Source: Octopus bimaculoides (lineage: Eukaryota). Taken from it: a stretch of 63,072 nt of DNA. Shown here in pieces: positions 53,616 through 63,072 of the stretch; position 1 is the stretch's first letter; the number at the start of each line of letters is the position of its first letter. A program made the translations under genes and the position numbers. The DNA lies in the NCBI RefSeq assembly GCF_001194135.2, contig NC_068985.1:116821136-116884207 (forward strand). The letters are read 5' to 3'. The notes under the pieces were generated by a model, which was not told the origin of the DNA, did not search any database, and worked only from the letters and a program-made list of their open reading frames with translations.

Positions 53616-54504
53616 AATCAATATTACTGCAGTAGGTGCGCGACACCAGCCAACTAGTTAGGTTAAACGAACTAACGAGCAGCCACACGAATTAACGAGT
53701 GCAATCATTACCAAATCTCTCTCGAGTCATATCTTGATGTCTTCTTCTTACAAGACAGTCTGTAGAATATAGCTCTAGATTTCTTACACGCAGAAGAAGA
53801 AGGGATGGTACGGCTGACCACATTTGTTAATAGGTTTGCAGGTTCGAAGTTGACTTGATACAAAGCGAAAATAAGAATTGAAACAGGTTGCTTGTTACTG
53901 TATTCATTCGTCTATCAAATATCGAAAAGGTGACGAAACTATTTATGGAAGATATAATAATCAATCTTTTCCATCTTAAAGCTGCTACCTCGGGTGTATA
54001 AATAAAGAAATATAAGAAATAAAGTCTATACTCCTGAGATATAAAACATAATCTTTAATACTCAGCAGATTTGACAGATAATGTTTATAAACTGGAAATG
54101 TCAAACCTTTTAAGTAAAGACTTTTATAAACTGCTGCAGGCAATAACATTAGATAAATATTTTTATTGGATAGTACCACAGATATTTCTATTATTTCGTT
54201 ATATTATAAAGATATTTCATGCTGAAGAAGCTTTTGTTATTTCAGTATCTAGATTTAGAAATAGCTTTAACGGCTCGAAGAAATACAATGGAATATAGCT
54301 TACGTTGAATAGGTTTTCTATAAAGATGTTCTACACTGGGACAGAAAAGTTAGAGAAAGAAGCGTGTAGAAGTTTAAGATATCACACATTTATGTGAGAG
54401 GTATGTTCAAATATATTTGTTAACACATAAGAACATGATTAAGAACCTCGCTATGCAACCAAGTTTTTTGGAGTTCAGCTCTTTTGCACAGTGCCTTATG
54501 CATG

Positions 54505-54830
54505 TGTTTCCTACTTTGGACCCGACCTGACCAATATCTTGCTAAGGAAATTGGAAGACGGAAACTATGAGAAGGCCTGATGTGTGTGTGCTTAAGTATA
54601 TGTGCGCATGTCATTGTCCTATGTTTGACCCTACATGTCACCGCTTGACAACTGGCGTTGGCTTGTTAACGTCGCTGTAATTTATTGGTAAGGCAAAAGA
54701 AACCAATAGAATAACTACCTAAGTACGAGAATTTTTAAATTTTAAACTACTTGGGTCGACTTGTTCGATTAATCGCATCAAGGTGGGGACCTGAATGGTC
54801 GCAGTCCAATCACTGAATGAAGTAAGATAT
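54505..54830 (+). mobile_element. SINE (OR-like family), old 3' portion
   Basis: GACGGAAACT..GAAGGCC, CACCGCTTGACAACTGG, CAATAGAATAA, GGGTCGACTTGTTCGATT. Confidence 0.7.
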
Positions 54831-54937
54831 AAAATATGAAAGGCACACATAAATAGGAAAATATATGTTTAACAAAACACTTAAAAATTATAATTAAACA
54901 GAAAATAAAAGATGGATGAACTTTATAGGTTCAAAAT

Positions 54938-55246
54938 CAATGGTTGTGGACAGGGGTCTACATGTCTTTTTGGGGGGTGCATATAAGTGTTTGGGGTGCA
55001 TATAAGTGCATATAAGTGTTTGGGGGTGCATATAAGTGTTTGTGGCTAAAGCTTTTCTGCAATAAATTGGTTATACTTGTACAGTGCACAAAGTATTTTA
55101 ACTATTTTTTTATACAACTCGTAATAATATTTAATTATAAAAAAAATATGATGGGATTTTGGGACCATTGAACGGATATGAAGGTCCCTCCAAGTAAAAC
55201 AGGAATTAATGGAGTCCATGGGTAAAACAACATTGTTGAAACACTG
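54938..55246. mobile_element. Decayed hAT (Charlie-like) MITE
   Basis: Termini CAATGGTTG / GTTGAAACACTG; 8-bp flanks TTCAAAAT and TTCTAACT (6/8); GGGGTC/GGAGTCCAT subterminal motifs; four copies of GTGCATATAAGT. Confidence 0.6.
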
Positions 55247-55306
55247 TTCTAACTGATGCACGGGTAAAGAATTACTGGCTAGGTCTAGTTAGGATAATTC
55301 ATTCGG

Positions 55307-55922
55307 TACCCGCTTACTATTACCCGAAGGGACCTGTGAGGTTTCATGTAGATACATATTTTCACGTCGTTACCTGCTTACTAATACCCAAAGAGAGCCG
55401 CAAAGGTTCATATAGAGACATATTTATTATGTAGCAATCCACTTACTATTACCCGAAGGGAGCCGTAACGGTTCATGTAGATACATATTTTTTACGTAGC
55501 TACCCGCTTATTATTACTCAAAGGGAGTCATAAGGGTTCGAGTAGATTCAAATTTTTTTACATCGCCACACGTTTACTATTACCCGAAGGGAGCTGTAAG
55601 AGTTCATACAGATACATATTTGTTGTATCGCTACCCGCTTACTAATACCCGAAGGGAGCCGTGAATGTTCATGTAGGTAACATATTTTTCATGTCGCTAC
55701 CCGCTTACTAATACCCGAAGAGAGCCGTAAATGTTCATGCAGATACATATTTTTCACTTCACTAGCCGCATACTATTACTCGAAGGGAGACGTAGGAGTG
55801 CATGTAGATTCATATTTTTTATGTACCTACCCGCTTACTATCTCCCGGAGGGAATCGAAGGGGTCAAACAGACACCTATTTTCCTCGTCGCCACCCGCTT
55901 GTTACCGCAAAGGGGTTGCTAG
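55307..55922 (+). repeat. 64-66-bp tandem array, 9 full units plus a terminal partial unit
   Basis: Unit starts 55307, 55371, 55436, 55501, 55567, 55632, 55698, 55763, 55828, 55892; consensus approx. TACCCGCTTACTATTACCCGAAGGGAGCCGTAA.GGTTCATGTAGATACATATTTTTCATGTCGC. Confidence 0.95.
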
Positions 55923-56094
55923 GATCGGTGTAAGAAACGTCATTAGGATATATATTTTACAATCTATTATAATATATTTCTGTTATATTTGCTAGTAAAC
56001 TATCGTTCGAGGATCTCTTTTATTCTAATCTCCGATGCACCTCAGTACTCAATATAATTACCTTAACACACCTTGCCAAGAGATATATGTTTCT

Positions 56095-56349
56095 TTTTTT
56101 TTCTTTTTTCCTTTTTCTTTTTTCTTTATTGCCCACAAGGGGCTAAACATAGAGGGGACAAACAAAGACAGACAAAGGGATTAAGTCGATTACATCGAGC
56201 CCAGTGCGTAACTGGTACTTAATTTATCGACCTCGAAAGGATGAAAGGCAAAGTCGACCTCGGCAGAATTTGAACTCAGAACGTAACGGCAGACGAAATA
56301 CCGCTAAGCATTTTGCCCGGCGTGCTAACGATTCTGCCAGCTCGGCGCC
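56095..56349 (-). mobile_element. SINE (OK-like family, tail a), young full-length copy with A-rich tail and a 14-bp TSD
   Basis: Flanks AGATATATGTTTCT (56081-56094) and AGATATATGATTCT (56350-56363). Confidence 0.95.
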
Positions 56350-56425
56350 AGATATATGATTCTGTCCATTTCGATCTTCGAAGAATAGGAAATCTCAAGT
56401 CAGTATTCTCTTAATCTTCTTCAAT

Positions 56426-56870
56426 GTTGCTTTCAAATTTTGGCACAAGGCCNNNNNNNNNNAATACTAAACTGGTACTTATTTTATCGACCGCGAAAGG
56501 ATGAAATGGAAAGTGGACCTCGGTGGAATTTGCCTTTCATCTTTTTCGGATCGATAATTTATGTACCAGTGAAACACTGGAGTCGATGTAAGTGAGTAGC
56601 ACCTTTTCCCAAAAATTTCGGGCCTTGTGCCTAAGGCAGAAAGGATTATTACTATGAAAAAACGGTAATGTACTGGCAGAAGCGTTAGCACACCGGACAA
56701 AATATTTAGCGACATTTGATCCATTTTTACGTCCTGAGTTCAAATTCCGTAGAGGTTAAGTTTGCCTTACGTAATTTCAGGTAAAATATGTAGCAATCAA
56801 GTATTGGGATCGATGTAATTGATTTACCCACTGCCCTCAAAGGCTGCTGGCCTGGTGACAAAATTTGAAA
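56426..56870. mobile_element. Cluster of OK-like SINE pieces in alternating orientation
   Basis: Minus 3' half (56426-56528, with a 10-N gap) fused to a plus 3' half (56529-56650), then another plus copy (~56670-56870). Confidence 0.8.
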
Positions 56871-58149
56871 CCGTTACTTCTCTGAAAAACTATAGCCCCA
56901 TTGCTGTTCGAAGGAGGGCGCAACACCTCGGTAGTTTTTCTTTACTGTTGGTCTCCATTTTTTCTGTTTTACTCTTCTGTGATTCATTCGAATTTTTAGG
57001 AATTTTACGTAGCAAGTATCATATTCATCTCTTCACATAAATGTTGTGCGTGGTCCTGAGATGCTACTGTTCATGATGGTACAACTCATGTTTTATCCCT
57101 TATTCACTGCTCAAAGTAACTGTGGCTACAGGAATATCTTCGTTTCCTGATTATCCTCAGGAACTGAGGACGAGTTAATCGTCCCTGCTAGTTTCGCGGC
57201 GTTGATCACATTGCTGTTGATGTAGTCCTTGTCTTTTCTTTTTTTACTTGTTTTCTCAACTTCTTGGGAAAACACCCTATTAACAGTTTTTGCCGAGCCC
57301 TTGTGCATTTGTCGGTTCATCTCTCTGGTTATATTTCTCGGCCCACGATTGGGAAGTGTTCTCAAATTGTACTCTGGTTTTCTGAAGTCATAACGATTTT
57401 CAATTCCATGCAGTCTCATCCCGACTGTACATTGTTCCTTCTCACTTTGGATTTCACAATCTACCAATATTGCATCAGAAAAGCGACGATATACCAGGGA
57501 CCCCGAATAGGAGGCAAATAATTGCATAGGCTTGACTTCATTTTTTCAATTCCCTTTTGGGTGAGCACACAAAAGGCGAGCCATTTCCATAAGGGCATAA
57601 GTAGGTTAGCTTTCGCCCTGCTCATTTTTGGAGGAACATCTGGGAGCAAAAAACAAAGGATTTTTGTAATATATTTTCTACAAATTGGTCTTTGAAGTGT
57701 TATTTGCGAAAATTATGCGTGATTTGTTGCTGTTGGTATTGTTGTATTGTTGGTGTTGCAAATTTTCAAGTACACACTAAGTAAATCATCATCTTAATTA
57801 AATCTTTATATTCCCATTAATAATTCCTTTTCATTTATTAATTAGGCATATGCATTTTATTCATTAATTAGTCATATGTACCTTGCGCGTTCGCCTACTG
57901 TCATTTAATTTGTATGGTATGCCAGAAAATAGAATAAAACCAAGTCGAAGCAAAAAGTCCAAAACAAAATATGTTTTACCCTGAAGGATTAAAAAGGAAA
58001 TACTATGCACCATTCTTAGCAAATATTACAAAATCACATTAAACTGAAGGATTTAACGATTTATAAACCACGTTTAAAAACCAAAACTTCAGAGTCGAAA
58101 GAAAAACATTGTGTTGAATGGAAGCAAATGATAAAAATAATAATCTTTT

Positions 58150-58280
58150 TCAACAATAAGCACAAGGCATCAAATGTTGCACTGACTCCAGTATTTAACA
58201 GGTACTTATTCTATTGGTCCCGTAAAGATGAAAGCAAGGTCAACCTTAGCCAAATTTGAACTCAGAATGTAAAGACGATA
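58150..58280 (-). mobile_element. SINE (OK-like), partial
   Basis: GCACAAGGC..CAGGTACTTATTCTATTGG..GATGAAAGC..AATTTGAACTCAGAATGTAA. Confidence 0.7.
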
Positions 58281-58430
58281 AAAATATAAATTTCAACAAC
58301 GAAAAATTACCCAAAAGAAGGAGACTTCTTTTGGTTGCTTATGGAGAACCCTCAAAAACACGCTCGAAGTGACCCCTAGGGCACGTAGCAGTCCCAAATG
58401 GACTTCTTTCTGTGTACAGATGCGCTATTA

Positions 58431-59684
58431 GAGTCAAAGTTGATAATAAATGGAGCGCCTGACTAGTACAATGCGTTCCTTCCACAAAAGCAGCTAGAAT
58501 ACTCGCTCCATACACGCTCCACTTTAGTGAAACGTAAAGTGGGACACGGCACGACGGTCAGGTTACAATGTATATTTAGGGGCAACGTCAGTCAGTGTGT
58601 CTTTCATCTTGTGCGTTTAACTACAAATTGTGGGTTACAAATTGTGTTGAGAAATGAAGTATGTAATTGCTCGAAAGTCGAACCATTGTTGCCACAATCT
58701 TCTAACTTTCAATGAAATTGTTGGAGGGCAGTAGACCCCTCCCTACCTTCACCTTCCTTTTCAAGTTGTTGATGGCTTGGTGAAAGAAGCAAGTAACTGT
58801 CTTCAGCCCTTTCAATCTGGGCCACCATACAACCTAAGACCATGAGACAAATAAACACTTCCTGCCCTTTCCGGCCAGAGTGCGTCGGTGGGACGATTTT
58901 CACGATGGATTCAGCCGACAGACGGATGCGTTCTACACATTACAGTGGGTGTTCGACATAAACCCAATAGCCAGCATTACGCTGGCACTGGACGTAAGCG
59001 TCCCGAGCAGTTACGTCGCTCAGCACAAATCTCGGGCAACCCCGAGTAACGGCATTTTCCTTCCTGTAGAGTTTAACTCGAAGCGGCACTGCTTCTCGGT
59101 AATACTACCAGGACAGGGATTTCTGGAAAGTATCCCAGCCCTCAAGTCTTCCGAAAAAGACCAGCCTGTTGGTTCTCATCGCCACCTTGAGTCTCGTCAA
59201 GAACGTTATCGCACGTACCTGCCACTAACTTTTTACAGCATGGCAAGTGGAACTTCCACCGACCGCATTAGCCGACTGACTGCGCTCTGCCTCGGTCTTT
59301 GCTAGATCTAGGAGTACAGCACAGTCAAAGTGACGAGCTGCGGGAGATCGAGTCTGAAAAATGTCGACCACACATACTCATCGTCAAGGAAGCGCTGAAG
59401 GTATCGTAGCTTCAGCATATGATTCCGCATCAGCAGCCGAGTCAAAGTTGATAATAAATGGAGCGCCTGACTAGTACAATGCGTTCCTTCCACAAAAGCA
59501 GCTAGAATACTCGCTCCATACACGCTCCACTTTAGTGAAACGTAAAGTGGGACACGGCACGACGGTCAGGTTACAATGTATATTTAGGGGCAACGTCAGT
59601 CAGTGTGTCTTTCATCTTGTGCGTTTAACTACAAATTGTGGGTTACAAATTGTGTTGAGAAATGAAGTATGTAATTGCTCGAAA
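58431..59684 (-). mobile_element. Decayed Tx1-like LINE ORF2 C-terminal fragment (58677-59438) between identical 246-bp direct repeats (58431-58676, 59439-59684)
   Basis: Minus frames LLMRNHMLKLRYLQRFLDDEYVWSTF, FQKSLSW*YYREAVPLRVKLYR, CPRF..D.T...AYVQC (degenerate zf-RVT-like), RIRLSAESIVKIVPP, KRKVKV; the two repeat copies read identical by eye. Confidence 0.8.
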
Positions 59685-61418
59685 TTATTTTCTCAGAGAT
59701 ATTTGATATGACAGAACCTATGGCACTAGAATTTACAAACTACGGCCACCACCAATATTGATTTCGAAAGAAAATGATGCGAAAGACTGATGACACTTCG
59801 CCAAGAAAACCAGCATACGACGACTTCGTCAGTGGAGAATCATGCATATCATATAGGAGTCACTTGATAATCGGTTTGTTAATAACACTCTCCTCTGGTT
59901 TCGTCATGGTTGATATTCCTGCAAATGGCAACACAGTTTGAATACTCTTAGCTGCAGGACAAAACTTTCAAAGCATTGGAGAATGAAAGAGAAGGTTAAG
60001 ACAAAAACTAATTCGATACTTCTATCACATATATCTAATTAACACAGAGATAAAGAAATTAGCAAATGTAAACACACAAGAAACAATTTAATTTTATGAA
60101 ATTCCTGAGCAAAAGGCTCATGTGAAATTTCAGATTATCAGGGACGACAAATTTCCAAAATCATGCACAATAGAGGGTTGAAAATGAATTGCTTTTTGAT
60201 AATAAGAACAAATATCGGATCGTTAGCACAATAGTCCTACAAGAAAATAGTTTGCGCTCGTATAGAATTTAAATTTGTATTGAGAAAAGTTGTCCATGGC
60301 TACAGGTAATTTAGGCTCGTATCATTTCGATGCAAGGATGTCTCGCATGTTATGTTAGAATTGACATTTAAGGCCATAATATCATCTCGTTAGACACATC
60401 GAACAGACGTTTTGTCGTTGGATAGAGCGATCGGAGATTAACTGTTTCAAATGCTATATAATGAAGCTAAAATTATGGCTACAAAAAAAAAACGTCTGTC
60501 AAATGTTATATTGTAACACTTAATAAAGGTATATTAGGAATATTTCAGTTGCATTAAAGCCATTGTGTGTGCGTGCTTGCGTGTGTGTATGTGTATGCAG
60601 GTATATATATGTACGCCTATAAATACATACACATATGCATTNNNNNNNNNNNNNNNNNNNNNNNNNNNNNNNNNNNNNNNNNNNNNNNNNNNNNNNNNNN
60701 NNNNNNNNNNNNNNNNNNNNNNNNNNNNNNNNNNNNNNNNNNNNNNNNNNNNNNNNNNNNNNNNNNNNNNNNNNNNNNNNNNNNNNNNNNNNNNNNNNNN
60801 NNNNNNNNNNNNNNNNNNNNNNNNNNNNNNNNNNNNNNNNNNNNNNNNNNNNNNNNNNNNNNNNNNNNNNNNNNNNNNNNNNNNNNNNNNNNNNNNNNNN
60901 NNNNNNNNNNNNNNNNNNNNNNNNNNNNNNNNNNNNNNNNNNNNNNNNNNNNNNNNNNNNNNNNNNNNNNNNNNNNNNNNNNNNNNNNNNNNNNNNNNNN
61001 NNNNNNNNNNNNNNNNNNNNNNNNNNNNNNNNNNNNNNNNNNNNNNNNNNNNNNNNNNNNNNNNNNNNNNNNNNNNNNNNNNNNNNNNNNNNNNNNNNNN
61101 NNNNNNNNNNNNNNNNNNNNNNNNNNNNNNNNNNNNNNNNNNNNNNNNNNNNNNNNNNNNNNNNNNNNNNNNNNNNNNNNNNNNNNNNNNNNNNNNNNNN
61201 NNNNNNNNNNNNNNNNNNNNNNNNNNNNNNNNNNNNNNNNNNNNNNNNNNNNNNNNNNNNNNNNNNNNNNNNNNNNNNNNNNNNNNNNNNNNNNNNNNNN
61301 NNNNNNNNNNNNNNNNNNNNNNNNNNNNNNNNNNNNNNNNNNNNNNNNNNNNNNNNNNNNNNNNNNNNNNNNNNNNNNNNNNNNNNNNNNNNNNNNNNNN
61401 NNNNNNNNNNNNNNNNNN

Positions 61419-61453
<35 letters not shown>

Positions 61454-61722
61454 TATGTATGTATGTATGTATACATATATATATACATATATATACGTAT
61501 ACATATATATAATATATATGCATTCTTCTACGTGTGAGCACCAGACACGTATCGATGTGCTTGTATTCTAGAATAATAGTTAAGCTTCTATTATCGTCAG
61601 TGTGACGGCTTGTCGTGGGTCTGTACATATCAATAGAGTATATTATAGATTTATTTATTAGTTTTCTATCTATCCGTCTCTGTCTATCGCTACATGTGTG
61701 TGTGTGTTTGTATGTGTGTATG

Positions 61723-61758
<36 letters not shown>

Positions 61759-61920
61759 AAATAAAAAAAAGAGAGCTGGTATAGCATGAATATATTTATT
61801 TCACCAGTGACAGCCATATAACGGTGATCGTTCCGTAGATATTATCATAGAAATTTTTTTTTATTTTAGTGAGTAATAAATTATTTTACATGCCTGTATT
61901 GTTGTATATAATATAAATTG

Positions 61921-62140
61921 TATAGTACTGTTCTATAATCTATAATACAGGTAAAATTATATAGTACAGTCGTATAATGTATAAGATTATACAGGTAAAA
62001 AAATATATAGTGCAGTTATATAATGTATAAGATAATACAGGTTCAAAATTATATAGTACACTTATATAATGTATAAGATGATACAGATAAAAAAATTATA
62101 TAGTACAGTTGTAAAATGTATAAGGTAATACAGAATAACA
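61921..62140. repeat. AT-rich ~46-bp minisatellite, ~5 units
   Basis: TATAGTACAGTT.TATAATGTATAAGAT.ATACAGGTAAAA recurs. Confidence 0.9.
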
Positions 62141-62357
62141 AAACCGAGCTGATCAGGTAAAAAGTATATCATATTGGTTTACTGTAGTTTGTAGCCTAAT
62201 CCATTCATGGACCTTTTATTGTGAGTACAACTGGATTAGTTAAATCCGTCTCTTGTCCATTAAATTTAAACAGATACATATATATGTGTTTGTGTGTATG
62301 TCCATATGTATGTATTTCTTATACAAGTATACATGTACTTTGATATATATGTTTATT

Positions 62358-62457
<100 letters not shown>

Positions 62458-63004
62458 CACACACACACACACATATTTATACATCCATACATATATATGC
62501 TTTCGGTGCCAATGGTTTCTTATTACGGTGCCGTGGTATACAATCCTGTAAATAGTAAGAATGGTATTTTCATAGAAGCTTAAAAATTATGGCGATCAGC
62601 GTGCGATGACTGAGGAAAATAGTCTAATAAAGGGGCATAAAAGTCCTCGACAGAAAAAAAAAAGATGTATGCATAGATATATGCATGTGTGCATGGATAT
62701 ATGTGTAGATATGACTGCGTGTGTGCGTATATATATACACACGCTCACACATACACACACACACACGAACACATATATATTTATATATATAGTCAAGAGG
62801 TTAGTTCTAAAAATGCCCAATATTGAGAACATGTAGCAGTGTTTATCTGACCTGCAAAATTATTTATGTGAATCCGTGTGCTGAAAGAAATTTTGTCTTT
62901 TCGTGGCTAGTCATACTGCCTTAATATCTAACACACTCACCGGTTCAATTTCCAGTCATTTTATTTATTTACTTATTTGTCATATTTATTTATCTTTTCG
63001 TCTC

Positions 63005-63072
<68 letters not shown>

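Noticed and set aside
55307-55922. CRISPR-like repeat/spacer appearance
   Set aside because: The 'spacer' halves are homologous to each other, the repeats are degenerate, there are no cas genes and the context is eukaryotic; it is a minisatellite.
57126-57649. 133-aa and 62-aa minus-strand ORFs in higher-complexity sequence
   Set aside because: No recognisable domain or splice signals; possibly a decayed LINE ORF1, but I cannot support a call.
62852-62880. Possible 29-nt minus-strand micro-exon (TTTCTTTCAG..GCAG|GTCAGA)
   Set aside because: Signals are short and expected by chance; no partner exon or homology.

Overview
AT-rich, microsatellite-dense eukaryotic scaffold with about 17 N-gaps. 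The SINE families, Dong/R4 fragments and TTAGGG repeat suggest a coleoid cephalopod, probably Octopus; this is inferred from remembered repeat families, not from a search. I cannot support any intact host gene, RNA gene or CRISPR array, so the window reads as intronic or intergenic. It is a graveyard of mobile elements: about 18 tRNA-derived SINE copies in 3 families, CR1/L2-group, Dong/R4 and Tx1-like LINE fragments, four decayed Tc1/mariner-superfamily transposons (Tc1, mariner, 2x maT-like), three MITEs, Helentron-like ends, a probable solo LTR and several minisatellites. The most interesting signals are: (i) a decayed Tx1-like LINE fragment bracketed by two identical 246-bp direct repeats; (ii) in-window evidence that two SINE families took their 3' tails from two different LINEs, one of them Tx1-like; (iii) an internally deleted Dong/R4 element sitting in a (TAA)n target; (iv) a 65-bp hairpin-bearing tandem array ending in a Helitron-like hairpin+CTAG; (v) a (TTAGGG)5 tract that starts exactly where a SINE is truncated, inside a long-TIR MITE. 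I see no clear new enzymatic system. Family names come from motif recognition by eye and need database confirmation.
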